Shown here in pieces: positions 39,901 through 48,793 of a stretch of 64,000 nucleotides of DNA. The DNA is from Chloroflexota bacterium. GTDB taxonomy: Bacteria > Chloroflexota > Anaerolineae > UBA2200. The DNA lies in assembly GCA_014360905.1 (NCBI GenBank), contig JACIWW010000001.1, positions 146,692 to 210,691 on the forward strand, read 5' to 3'. Position 1 is the first letter of the stretch. Every line of letters begins with the position of its first letter. A program made the translations under genes and the position numbers. Below the pieces are notes generated by a model. It worked only from the letters and a program-made list of their open reading frames with translations, did not search any database and was not told the origin of the DNA.

Positions 39901-42900
39901 GACAGACCCATTGAGATGCGCATGGTACGTCTGGACTGGCGCTACGTGAAAGGCGAATGGCGTGAGGAAGAAGTGGATGAACAACGCTGCACCGTAGGTT
40001 CACAAGAGGAGCCGGTTAGCTGCACTTTCGAAACGCCAGAAGGCGGTACCTACCGCATCACTGCAACTATTGTGGATGGCAAGGGTCGCCGCAATTTGAC
40101 CCAGATCACCCGCTGGGTTAGTGGCGGGAAGCAGCCCGGTGCGACGCGGGTGGAGCAAGAAGAAGTTGAGTTGATTCCCAACCGCCAGGAATATCAGCCT
40201 GGGGATACAGCGGAGATACTGGTGCAGTCGCCGTTCGTCCCCGCCGAGGGACTGCTTACCTTGCGCCGAGCCGGTATCATCCACACGGAGCGCTTTCGCA
40301 TGGATGAGTCCACGTACACCATCCGGGTACCGATTGTGGAAGCATATATCCCCAACCTTCACGTGCAAGTGGATCTCGTCGGCTCCGCACCTCGTCTGAA
40401 CAGCGCAGGCGAGGTAGATGAAACCTTGCCAAAGAGGCCCGCCTTCGCCACCGGCCGACTGGACCTCTCCGTGCCACCGTACTCGCGCACGCTCTCCCTG
40501 CAGGTAACACCGAGGGATAAAGAACTGGAGCCAGGCGGAGAAACCCTAGTAGACATCACCGTGAAAGACGCATCGGGCAAACCAGTACAAGGCGCCGAAC
40601 TGGCCGTGGTGGTAGTGGATGAAGCTATCTTGTCTCTGACCAATTACCAGCTTGCCGACCCGGTGGCGATTTTCTACCAGCGTCGTTCAGCCGGTGTAGC
40701 AGATTATCACTTGCGGGGACACATCCTTCTAATGGAGCCTTCCGGGCTAGTAGAACAGGTAGCATCCGATCAGATGTTGCGCGCAGCCCTACCGATGGCC
40801 ATGGCTCCTGTGCCACCGATGCCGGCAGAGAAATCGTATGTGGGGGCTGAGGCGCCAAGCACTGGCCAGCCCATCCAAATACGCATGGATTTCAACCCGC
40901 TGGCCACTTTCGAACCGGAGGCGCCTACGGATGCAGATGGGCATGCAGCGGTGCAGGTCAAACTACCTGACAACCTAACCCGCTACCGTGTCATGGTCGT
41001 AGCAGTGGCCGGTGAGAGGGAATTTGGCAAGGCTGAATCGAGCATCACCGCGCGGCTACCGTTGATGGTGCGCCCCTCGCCACCGCGCTTCCTGAACTTT
41101 GGTGATGAGTTCGAGTTGCCAGTGGTCATACAGAACCAGACAGATGAGCCGATGCAGGTAGATGTTGTAGTACGTGCAACCAATATGAACCTCGTTGGTA
41201 GCGCTGGTCAGCGCTTGACCGTCCCAGCACGAGATCGCCGCGAAGTGCGCTTCCCGTTCACCACAGACAAAGCTGGCACTGCCCACTTCCAGGTGGGTGC
41301 TGTGTCTGGCCCCTGGGCTGACGCGGCTGAGTTCTCTCTCCCCGTGTACACTCCAGCCACGACAGAGGCCTTCGCCGTCTATGGTATCGTAGATGAAGGC
41401 GCCATTGCTCAGCCAGTGATTGCCCCCAGTAATGCCTACGTACAATTTGGTGGCCTTGACATCAGCACCTCATCCACAGCCCTGCAAGCGTTGACAGATG
41501 CAGTGCTCTACTTAGTAGAGTATCCCTTTGAATGCTCGGAACAAATCGCATCGCGCATTCTGGCTGTGGCCGCACTACGCGATGTGTTGAGCGCTTTCCA
41601 AGCTGAAGGGCTACCTAGGCCGGAAGAGCTACTCAAAGCAGTGCAGCGTGACATCGAAATACTACAGGGTCTTCAGAATATGGATGGCGGCTTTCCTATC
41701 TGGCAACGAGGGCGTGAGTCCTGGCCTTTCCACACCATCCATGCGGCCCATGCCTTGGTCAGAGCCAAGCAGAAGGGCTTTACTGTGCCCGATGAGATGC
41801 TATCTAGCGCATTGAACTATATACGGGATATCGAAAAACACTTTCCATCCTGGTACAGCAAGGATGTGCGCAATACCCTCACCGCTTATGCCCTCTATGT
41901 TCGGACGCAACTAGGGGATGTGGACACCGCCCGCGCCCGCAAATTGCTCAGGGACGAGGGCGCGACTGGGCTGCAACCAGAGGCTCTGGGCTGGCTGCTC
42001 TATGTGCTTTCCGATGACCCGCAATCCACCGCAGAGGTAACCGAGATTCGTCGCTTTCTCAACAATCGCGTGGTGGAAACAGCAGGCGCTGCTACCTTCA
42101 CCAACTCCTATCGCGAGGAAGATGGCTATCTGTTGCTGGCATCCAATCGCCGTGCCGATGGGGTCATCTTAGAAGCGCTGATCAAAGACCAACCAGACAG
42201 CGACCTGATTCCCAAAATCGTTCGCGGCTTGCTGGCCCATCGCAAACGGGGCAAATGGGACAACACGCAGGAGAATGTTTTCATCCTCCTGGCGTTGGAC
42301 AAGTACTTTAATACTTACGAAGCGCAGACACCCGAGTTCGTAGCACGCATTTGGCTCGGCGATCAGTATGTGGCAGGTTTCAAATTCGTGGGCCGCACTA
42401 CGGAGTACCAGGCAGTGCAGGTACCCATGTGGTTCCTCGTTCAGCGCCAGGGTGTGCAGAATCTCATCCTGAGCAAGGACGGGCCAGGCCGGCTTTACTA
42501 TCGGCTGGGCATGAGATATGCTCCTAAAGATCTGGACCTTGAACCAACGGAGCAGGGCTTTACCGTGCTACGCACTTACGAAGCCGTGGATAACCCCCAG
42601 GATGTGCAGCAAGATGAGGACGGCACCTGGCACGTCCGCGCCGGGGCACGAGTGCGTGTGCGGCTAACTATGGTCGCGCCATCGCGCCGCTATCACGTTG
42701 CACTGATGGACCCATTGCCGGCAGGATTCGAAATCCTCAACCCCGCTCTGGCTGTCACCGGCAGCATCCCTCAAGACCCTGCAGACCAGGAGAGCATGCG
42801 CTACTGGTGGTGGCATTGGACTTGGTATGAGCACCAGAACCTGCGTGATCAGCGTGCTGAAGCCTTTGCTTCCCTGCTCTGGGAGGGCGTCCACACTTAT

Positions 42901-43020
42901 ACCTACGTTGCCCGCGCTACTACGCCTGGCAAATTCATCGTCCCTCCGCCTAAGGCAGAGGAAATGTATTCGCCGGAAGTGTTTGGGCGCGGAGGAACGG
43001 ACTGGGTAGTCGTGGAATAA
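36949..43020 (+). CDS. Bacterial alpha-2-macroglobulin family lipoprotein (about 2023 aa) with CxEQ thioester motif
   Basis: Lipoprotein signal RRYAHALLSFLLITGMVGC. The motif YPFECSEQ is comparable to YPYGCLEQ of ECAM/YfhM, and the length is typical of bacterial A2M. The ATG at 36949 has RBS GAGGAGG; the ORF-track 5' extension overlaps the PaaI gene and is rejected. Confidence 0.8.
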   Translation: MLDYTPQRNAFFGHRAAVRRYAHALLSFLLITGMVGCVAPATPMPTKVPVVTGEYGLTMVRPATLLVTEGCTGGMRFALSQGSEVPIQPVPVPLAETEPLSPEEAQAVLNRLPPLADRPEDRQEFRLPPETLPAPRPGETIQQPFPPSVEMQPSEQPPAGPLRVLRYSPEGNVELAPFLSITFDQPMVPLTDHAELAAKEVPVKLSPLPQGSWRWVGTKTLVFQPTVRFPMATIYTVEIPAGTTSAIGGRLEETVSWTFTTPPPRVVSTHPAEGPQVRNPLIFVAFDQRIDPSAVLETIKVKAGGKVFPTMLAKKEEVEADETVARLAKDAGEGRWLAFRCSDLLPYDTTVTVDIGPGTPSAEGPLITDSVQSFTFTTYGPLRVVESNCGWGDECRPMMPWYIRFSNPLNGEVFDESLVQIEPELPGGKLSIIGNTLQIEGRSKGRTTYKVTLKAGIADQFGQTLGKDTIVTFQVGSAEPSMYVSWENLAVVDPAGKPTYSIFTINYNTVTVKAYAVKPEDWLSYLEYLQEASRRDQPREPPGRKVLDEQVRVAGELDTLTETSIDLTRVLEGGKGHVILIIEAGQPSVSISADRDWKPVIRVWVQVTNIGLDAFVDSQQMIAWANSIQDGTPLQGVELTLFPGKVSAKTSPDGLARLPLPSKEEKNGYLIAQLGDDTAILPRSTSWWDIGWRYVESVDQPRWYVFDDRQMYRPGEEVHVKGWVRLVGMSEGADVLTAPPKGTPVSYQVVDSRDNQLLAGTLYLNALGGFDTSFKLPENMNLGYANLRLALGGAVASGAEHYHTFQVQEFRRPEFEVSTSISEGPYFVGEHATATVEAKYYAGGPLANSEVIWNVTSQPGTYRPPNWDDFTFGIWVPWWRGFPRWGIPEPVTIRSQTFTGVTDAAGKHNLRIDFEAVDPPQPNNVTIEASVMDVNRQAWSASSQILVHPADLYVGLRTSATFYEKGKPIKVDAIVTDLDGKTIADRPIEMRMVRLDWRYVKGEWREEEVDEQRCTVGSQEEPVSCTFETPEGGTYRITATIVDGKGRRNLTQITRWVSGGKQPGATRVEQEEVELIPNRQEYQPGDTAEILVQSPFVPAEGLLTLRRAGIIHTERFRMDESTYTIRVPIVEAYIPNLHVQVDLVGSAPRLNSAGEVDETLPKRPAFATGRLDLSVPPYSRTLSLQVTPRDKELEPGGETLVDITVKDASGKPVQGAELAVVVVDEAILSLTNYQLADPVAIFYQRRSAGVADYHLRGHILLMEPSGLVEQVASDQMLRAALPMAMAPVPPMPAEKSYVGAEAPSTGQPIQIRMDFNPLATFEPEAPTDADGHAAVQVKLPDNLTRYRVMVVAVAGEREFGKAESSITARLPLMVRPSPPRFLNFGDEFELPVVIQNQTDEPMQVDVVVRATNMNLVGSAGQRLTVPARDRREVRFPFTTDKAGTAHFQVGAVSGPWADAAEFSLPVYTPATTEAFAVYGIVDEGAIAQPVIAPSNAYVQFGGLDISTSSTALQALTDAVLYLVEYPFECSEQIASRILAVAALRDVLSAFQAEGLPRPEELLKAVQRDIEILQGLQNMDGGFPIWQRGRESWPFHTIHAAHALVRAKQKGFTVPDEMLSSALNYIRDIEKHFPSWYSKDVRNTLTAYALYVRTQLGDVDTARARKLLRDEGATGLQPEALGWLLYVLSDDPQSTAEVTEIRRFLNNRVVETAGAATFTNSYREEDGYLLLASNRRADGVILEALIKDQPDSDLIPKIVRGLLAHRKRGKWDNTQENVFILLALDKYFNTYEAQTPEFVARIWLGDQYVAGFKFVGRTTEYQAVQVPMWFLVQRQGVQNLILSKDGPGRLYYRLGMRYAPKDLDLEPTEQGFTVLRTYEAVDNPQDVQQDEDGTWHVRAGARVRVRLTMVAPSRRYHVALMDPLPAGFEILNPALAVTGSIPQDPADQESMRYWWWHWTWYEHQNLRDQRAEAFASLLWEGVHTYTYVARATTPGKFIVPPPKAEEMYSPEVFGRGGTDWVVVE

Positions 43021-43067
43021 AGGCAAGGACGTAGTAGGCCTTTATAGCTTACTTTTACGCAACAGAT

Positions 43068-43105
43068 AAGCGGATGGCAGTAACGATTGTTCCAGCCATC
43101 CGCTT
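43068..43105 (+). terminator. Hairpin AAGCGGATGGC-N16-GCCATCCGCTT downstream of the A2M stop
   Basis: 11-bp perfect stem about 50 nt after the stop at 43020, followed by TGCGTTTACAATTAC. Confidence 0.4.
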
Positions 43106-43259
43106 TGCGTTTACAATTACACCGTCTGGTTTAATGGCGATCTTCGCAACCCCCTATAGCTCTTGGTGTTTAGTATTAGTAGAAGTATCATTGCCCCGCC
43201 GTATCATAGCCTTAGCCGAGCAAAAGCGCGGGAAAGAGAAAAACTTGACAAGGAGAAAA

Positions 43260-44642
43260 ATGAAAGTATTGCTTGTTCAGCCTGAGGATCCCCCAAGCCT
43301 GGTGGGTTTCACAAGGCTGGCGCGTGCTGAACCCTTGGCGCTCGAGATTCTGGCAGCCACTATCCCTGACCACGAAGTCAGGATATTGGACCTGCGCATC
43401 GAACCTAACCTGGAGGAAGCCGTAGCGCAGTTTGCGCCGCAAATGGTAGGGGTGACTGGTTATACGACCAATGTGCCACGCATGTTATCCATCTGCCGAG
43501 AAGTGAAAGCCTTTGACCCTGGCATCTTCACCGTGGTAGGCGGTTACCATGCCACGCTCTGTCCTGAAGATTTCGACCACGATGAGATTGACGCGATAGT
43601 GGTTGGCGAAGGCGAAGCGACTTTTCCACAATTAGTTGAAGCTGTCTCCAGAGGTCTGGATTATCGCCGGGTACCTGGGATCATTTATCGTCAATATGGT
43701 GCCCAGGTGCGCACTGCACCCAGGCCCTTGATCGTGCTTGACGAATCACCGCTGCCAGCTCGCCATCTGGTGGATCAATATCGAAAGGACTACTTCTTTC
43801 AATTTTGGGCCTCACCTTGTCCAGTTGAGACGGCTAGGGGATGTCCATACCGCTGCAAATTCTGCTCTGTCTGGACTTTCCACCGACGGAGATGTCGCTC
43901 CAAGTCGCCAGAGCGGGTGCTGGAAGAGCTAAAGAATGCGATAACAGATGTGGTTGCTTTTGTAGATGACAACTTCTTACAGAATTTGCCGCGTGCGGAG
44001 CGTATTTACGAACTGATCAAGGCTGCAGGGATAAAAGCCAAATTCTGGATGCAGGCGCGGAGTGACAGCATTGTTAGCCGCCCCGATATTATCGAAAAAT
44101 GGGCAGAAATAGGACTCATGACCGTATTGGTGGGCTTTGAAAAGTTTCGGCAGGAAGAATTGAACGGCCTGAGCAAAAGGAGCTCTGTTCGTATTAATGA
44201 GGAGGCCGCGCACATCCTACACGCGAATGCAGTAGATATATGGGGAGCCTTTATCGTTGACCCGCAATGGAAGAGGTCTGATTTCGATGCCCTTATCGAG
44301 TATGTGCGCAGACTGAAGATCACCTTCCCGCAATTCACCATCCTTACTCCACTGCCTGGGACAGAGTTCTTTAAAGAAAAGCTGAACGAGCTAACCACCC
44401 GCAACTATGAGCTGTTCGACTTCCTACACAGTGTCCTGCCGACCAGATTGCCCACAAAACAGTTCTACGAGAACATGGCACGGCTCTATGCTAGCACCAT
44501 GATGAGTATATCGGAGCTCAAAGAACGCATTCGTTCGGGGCGCATCCAGACCTCTGCGCTGAGGCAAGTGAAAAACTTGCTTGCTGACCTAACGAACCCC
44601 CAAGCCTATTTGTCAGGCCTCCAAACACCGACCAAGCGTTGA
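43260..44642 (+). CDS. B12-binding domain radical SAM protein (class B)
   Basis: N-terminal cobalamin-binding Rossmann domain (MKVLLVQPED..ILDLR...VGVTGYTT) plus CPYRCKFCSVW, a CxxxCxxC motif. RBS AAGGAG. Confidence 0.8.
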   Translation: MKVLLVQPEDPPSLVGFTRLARAEPLALEILAATIPDHEVRILDLRIEPNLEEAVAQFAPQMVGVTGYTTNVPRMLSICREVKAFDPGIFTVVGGYHATLCPEDFDHDEIDAIVVGEGEATFPQLVEAVSRGLDYRRVPGIIYRQYGAQVRTAPRPLIVLDESPLPARHLVDQYRKDYFFQFWASPCPVETARGCPYRCKFCSVWTFHRRRCRSKSPERVLEELKNAITDVVAFVDDNFLQNLPRAERIYELIKAAGIKAKFWMQARSDSIVSRPDIIEKWAEIGLMTVLVGFEKFRQEELNGLSKRSSVRINEEAAHILHANAVDIWGAFIVDPQWKRSDFDALIEYVRRLKITFPQFTILTPLPGTEFFKEKLNELTTRNYELFDFLHSVLPTRLPTKQFYENMARLYASTMMSISELKERIRSGRIQTSALRQVKNLLADLTNPQAYLSGLQTPTKR

Positions 44643-44662
44643 ACCGATTCCTCTTTGAGTCG

Positions 44663-44683
44663 TGCTGAGGTCGCACCTCAGCA
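44663..44683 (+). terminator. Hairpin TGCTGAGGT-cgc-ACCTCAGCA right after the radical SAM stop
   Basis: 9-bp stem with a 3-nt loop about 20 nt after the stop, but with no U-tract. Confidence 0.3.
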
Positions 44684-44847
44684 TCGCGCGTAACTGGAAC
44701 TAAGCTGTCTCAGTTATACATAGATTCTTCAATGCTGTTTTTCACTCTGTTCATGTTGGAACTGTCAACTTGCCAAAATGCGCAGAGTTAAGTATATGTT
44801 ATATGAGTCTGAAAAACATGGCTTTGCCAGGAGGGTGAACTTCGGAT

Positions 44848-45354
44848 ATGGCAGGGAAAAAAGTCCTTTTGATCATGCCTCCACGGGATTTCGATGACAA
44901 CTACTACGAGGCGATCCGAAGGGCTTTGGAGTGGCAGTCGCACACCGTTAAGGTCGCCTCCTTGGGAGTAGGAGTCATACGAGGTTCACAGGGCATTGCA
45001 GTTCCCGTGGATGTAAAAGTGGATGATGTCAAATCCTACGACTATGACGCTTTTATCTTTGTAGGTGGAGACGGAGCTACCCTTCTCTTCGATTACGATA
45101 AAGCACGCCAACTGGCCAAGGACGTTAAGTACAAGGTCCTGGGGGCAATTGGCAACGCTACGGCAATCCTAGGATTGGCCGGCGCCGTAGAAAAAAAGCG
45201 GGTGACAGGCCCCATCGAAGTGGCCCGTTGGCTGGTGAGCAGTGGTGCAACCTATACTGGGCGCCCGTTGGAAGTTGACGAGAAAATGATCACTGCCCAA
45301 GATCATTCAGTGGCCGAGCAATTTGCCAATGCTGTGGTCAAAGCGCTAGAGTGA
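44848..45354 (+). CDS. DJ-1/PfpI family protein
   Basis: 168 aa. KKVLLIM..., ...DAFIFVGGDGA... and ITAQDHSVAEQFANAVV match the class I glutamine-amidotransferase-like DJ-1 fold. Confidence 0.65.
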   Translation: MAGKKVLLIMPPRDFDDNYYEAIRRALEWQSHTVKVASLGVGVIRGSQGIAVPVDVKVDDVKSYDYDAFIFVGGDGATLLFDYDKARQLAKDVKYKVLGAIGNATAILGLAGAVEKKRVTGPIEVARWLVSSGATYTGRPLEVDEKMITAQDHSVAEQFANAVVKALE

Positions 45355-45449
45355 GCTCTCGAAGGCTACTGACGCGGCTTGGGATATAGCCACGAGCAGA
45401 TAGACTTTTTCATCATTTATCATCTCATATCAGAGATAGGTGCGAAGGT

Positions 45450-46253
45450 ATGGACAAAAAGCGTCCAATCCTTCCTAAACGGGATATTTTGTTCATAATA
45501 GAGACCCTCCTTCCCCAGCGTAGTGATAAAGAATATTTGGTTGAGGTGATACAGGAAGACGAAGACTTTATCGAAGCGATGCTGGGCGATGAGAGGCTCT
45601 TCACGCGGGTGATGAGCGATGAAGAAATCCTGCCGCACATCACACCCAAGCTTTTCTTCAGTGTACTGCTCAGACAAGCCCGCAAAGATCTGCGGAAAGC
45701 AAGCTATACAATTGAATTAAGGTCACGCCAGAAAATCCCGGTCTTTGACACCGAGCAGGTTGTGGACCTGCTCGAAGACAGGGAAATGTGCAATTACTTG
45801 GCTGAGATGCTGGCTTCCTTCACTCGTATCGAGAGTTACACGTGGCCTGTTCGCGTACGCAAAGGAGTATGGTTCAAATACCGGTTCAACGAGCTCGACG
45901 TGGATAGCCTCATCCGACTCTGCCAATCCGTCGAAGAGGGTTATCGCTTCTCGTTGTACAAGCGCATCGCCGATGTCTGCCTCTTCATCACCGGTATGTT
46001 TCCTGAATGCATCCAGGTTAGTTCACCGACGCTGGAAAGCCTGCGGAGCAAGAGCAAAAGGGATTTGGAAGGATACGAAGAGGAAGGAAAGCAATTCTAC
46101 CGCCTGGCTGCGCAACACGAAGCAGCCATCTTCATGGATCTAAGACAAGTCCTTGACAAGCTGGCCGAAAGTTTCACCCTTGCCGAGAAGCCATTAAAGT
46201 TTCTCTCCGAGCATTATTTGCCCACGCGCAAGCATCGTCTGTTTGGTATCTGA
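45450..46253 (+). CDS. Hypothetical protein (267 aa), no recognisable domain
   Basis: Long ORF in consistent coding frame with an acidic N-terminus, following the DJ-1 gene. Confidence 0.4.
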   Translation: MDKKRPILPKRDILFIIETLLPQRSDKEYLVEVIQEDEDFIEAMLGDERLFTRVMSDEEILPHITPKLFFSVLLRQARKDLRKASYTIELRSRQKIPVFDTEQVVDLLEDREMCNYLAEMLASFTRIESYTWPVRVRKGVWFKYRFNELDVDSLIRLCQSVEEGYRFSLYKRIADVCLFITGMFPECIQVSSPTLESLRSKSKRDLEGYEEEGKQFYRLAAQHEAAIFMDLRQVLDKLAESFTLAEKPLKFLSEHYLPTRKHRLFGI

Positions 46254-46279
46254 CAGCTCGCGCTAGCCAATTCAAACGT

Positions 46280-46906
46280 CTACATCATCTTCACCACTAT
46301 ATCTGCAACGACATCAGCTGCCTCGTCGCCTCGGTCAGCGGCATTGCTCAGGTGCCGGTAGATTTCTCTCATCTTGAACATGTACACCACATGATGCACA
46401 TCTTCAGGCCCCTCGAAGAGTTTAGCCAGGGCTTCGCGATAGATGTGCTCTGCTTGGTTTTCTAGCTTCTTGGCCCGGGTAGCGTGATCGAGAGCTACTT
46501 GGGGATAATCCTCTAACCGCATAACGCTGAGATGAAGCTTCTCCGCTGCTTCTCTCAGGACAGCCGTCATCTTCTGCAGATACTCGTTTGGTTCTACCTT
46601 GAAGATAGCCATTTCCTCCACGGTTGTAGCCGCGTAGTCTACGACATCGTCAATAGCGCGAGATAAAGCAAAGATATCCTCGCGATCAAATGGGGTAACG
46701 AAGGTGCGGTTGAGTTCCTCAATAAGGATGCGCCTGAGTTCATCAGCTTCCTTCTCCATCTTAACAACCTTTTTAGCTGTCTCCTCATTCCCATCCTTCA
46801 TATACGCTTCCAGAGCTTCCATCCCCTCTAGAGTCTTAGCAGCCTGTGCAGTGAGCAATTGTACAAATCTATCCTGGCGCGGTTTGAAAAGTTCCCTCAA
46901 TCTCAT
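46280..46906 (-). CDS. DUF47 (PhoU-like) phosphate transport regulator-related protein
   Basis: 208 aa. FKPRQDRFVQLL..., ...HKMEKEADELRR... and PFDREDIFALS are DUF47 hallmarks, adjacent to a PiT transporter. Confidence 0.7.
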   Translation of the reverse strand: MRLRELFKPRQDRFVQLLTAQAAKTLEGMEALEAYMKDGNEETAKKVVKMEKEADELRRILIEELNRTFVTPFDREDIFALSRAIDDVVDYAATTVEEMAIFKVEPNEYLQKMTAVLREAAEKLHLSVMRLEDYPQVALDHATRAKKLENQAEHIYREALAKLFEGPEDVHHVVYMFKMREIYRHLSNAADRGDEAADVVADIVVKMM

Positions 46907-46965
46907 AGCTTTCCCCTTTTGTAGGAATAGCTCCTCTGATTACGTTGTCCAAAGGCAATCCCCAC

Positions 46966-47961
46966 TTACCAGGCTCTGAGAAGTCGGCTTATCAGGCGGT
47001 AAATGAGAGCAGCCAACAGCGTTGTGGCCGGGATAGTAAGAACCCAGGTCAACAGAATACCCCTGACTATCTTCCAACGCACTCGGGATAGACGTCCAGC
47101 CGAACCGACACCCACCGTGGCTGAATTGACCACCTGGGTAGTGCTCACCGGTACTCCTAGGAGAGCAGCGCCAAGGATCACCATCGCCGAGCTAAGTTGA
47201 GCAGCGCAACTATGCACTGGCCTTATCTTGTAGAACTTGCTCCCCACAGTTTTGATCACACGCCAGCCACCAAACATCGAGCCTAAAGCCATCGCTCCAG
47301 CAGATACAGCCACTACCCACCGTGCCACACTGAACTCCGATTGGTAGCCACAGGCAACTAAACTCCCGGCGATGATGCCCATGGTCTTCTGAGCATCGTT
47401 GGCACCATGAGTCAGAGCCAGAATCAAAGTAGTGAAAGTTTGCAAACGCTTGAATACCTGGTTAATCCCAGGCGAAGCCTCGCGCGCCAGAAAAAGGATC
47501 AACTGCATCAACTGGCGACCCACCACCAGACCTAGGATGGGTGAGAGGAACAAAGCGATCATTACCTTCATCAACCCATGCATTTGGATTCCACCTAGGC
47601 CGAAATCCACGCTTACCGCACCCAGTATCCCTCCAATCAAACCGTGCGAGGAACTAGAGGGGATGCCAAAGAACCAGGTAATCAGACTCCAGAGAATGGC
47701 GGCGAGCAAGGCAGCCAAGATAACGGGAGCCGTCCAAGTGTTTGGGGCAACTAGCCCCTGTCCTATCGTAGTAGCCACCGCTACGCCAAAAAGGAAAGGT
47801 CCACAAAAGTGGGCTATAGCATTTAACACCAAGGCTTGGCGCCAGTTCATGGAGCGGGATGAAATGGCTGTAGCCACAACATTGCCTGCGTCTTGGACTC
47901 CATTCAGAAAACCAAAAATAAGAGCAGCAACAACCAGAACAACCGCCGGGTAGATAGTCAA
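46966..47961 (-). CDS. Inorganic phosphate transporter, PiT (PHO4) family
   Basis: GFLNGVQDAGNVVATAISS and a second half HGANDAQKTMGII. TTG start 6 nt after AAGGAGAAGG; the ORF-track start at 48105 lacks an RBS. Confidence 0.75.
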   Translation of the reverse strand: MTIYPAVVLVVAALIFGFLNGVQDAGNVVATAISSRSMNWRQALVLNAIAHFCGPFLFGVAVATTIGQGLVAPNTWTAPVILAALLAAILWSLITWFFGIPSSSSHGLIGGILGAVSVDFGLGGIQMHGLMKVMIALFLSPILGLVVGRQLMQLILFLAREASPGINQVFKRLQTFTTLILALTHGANDAQKTMGIIAGSLVACGYQSEFSVARWVVAVSAGAMALGSMFGGWRVIKTVGSKFYKIRPVHSCAAQLSSAMVILGAALLGVPVSTTQVVNSATVGVGSAGRLSRVRWKIVRGILLTWVLTIPATTLLAALIYRLISRLLRAW

Positions 47962-47983
47962 TGCCTTCTCCTTATCGCCGATG

Positions 47984-48793
47984 TTAGATGCATAAGCTGC
48001 GCAGCGTGGCAAGCGCACGCTGGGCACAGGTATCTGCATCGGGCTTTGGCATGGCTTCAACGGAAAGATATCCACCATTATAGCCAATCTCCCGCAATAC
48101 CGCAATCACCTTGGCAAAATCAATATGCCCTGCACCGGGATACCAGCGGTTGGAATCAGCCACGTGTACATGGAGAAGGCGACCACCTGCCAAGCGCATC
48201 GCTTCTTCAAGTGAGACTTCTTCGATATTCGCGTGAAAGGTGTCGAAAAGCAACCCAATGTTGCCTGCGCCAATCGTCTGGATGCACTCCAAACCCTCGG
48301 CTACGGTATTGATCAGGTTTGTTTCATAGCGGTTGAGTGGCTCCAGTACAAGGTGAACATTTGGCATGGCGTACTGAGCGCACTCAGCAAGGGCAGTAAT
48401 TAGCCACTCCATTGCTTGCTCACGCGAGATGCCTTTCTGCACCTGTCCTCGAATTAGTCCAATGATGACCATGGCTTGCAAGGTTCGGGCAAAATCGATA
48501 TGCTTTTTGACGCGCTCGACTGCCCGCCGTCGCACCTTTTCCTGCGGGTCAGTGAAGGAGAGTCCCTCTTCGCCGTAGGCCTGGCCTGTACCAATAGCCG
48601 GTACCTCCAGATGAAGCCGGCACAACACCTGTTGCACATGAGTTACGTCAAGCAAGCTAGGGTCACGCACTGCCAGCTCGACACCATCGTAGCCCAAGTG
48701 CGCCATTTTCGCGGCATTTTGCTCCCACTCGCCCTTGTAGGCTACGCCCTCGAAGGCAGTCCGTTGCGTAGAAAGGACAATGCTACATTTCAT
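47984..48793 (-). CDS. Sugar phosphate isomerase/epimerase (xylose isomerase-like TIM barrel)
   Basis: 269 aa. ...LGYDGVELAV..., ...HVHVADSNR... and the length fit the AP-endonuclease-2 / xylose-isomerase-like TIM barrel family. Confidence 0.75.
   Translation of the reverse strand: MKCSIVLSTQRTAFEGVAYKGEWEQNAAKMAHLGYDGVELAVRDPSLLDVTHVQQVLCRLHLEVPAIGTGQAYGEEGLSFTDPQEKVRRRAVERVKKHIDFARTLQAMVIIGLIRGQVQKGISREQAMEWLITALAECAQYAMPNVHLVLEPLNRYETNLINTVAEGLECIQTIGAGNIGLLFDTFHANIEEVSLEEAMRLAGGRLLHVHVADSNRWYPGAGHIDFAKVIAVLREIGYNGGYLSVEAMPKPDADTCAQRALATLRSLCI

Noticed and set aside
43074-43259. 5' extension of the radical SAM ORF
   Set aside because: The extension spans a terminator hairpin and has no RBS. 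The ATG at 43260 is preceded by AAGGAG and starts the B12-binding domain.
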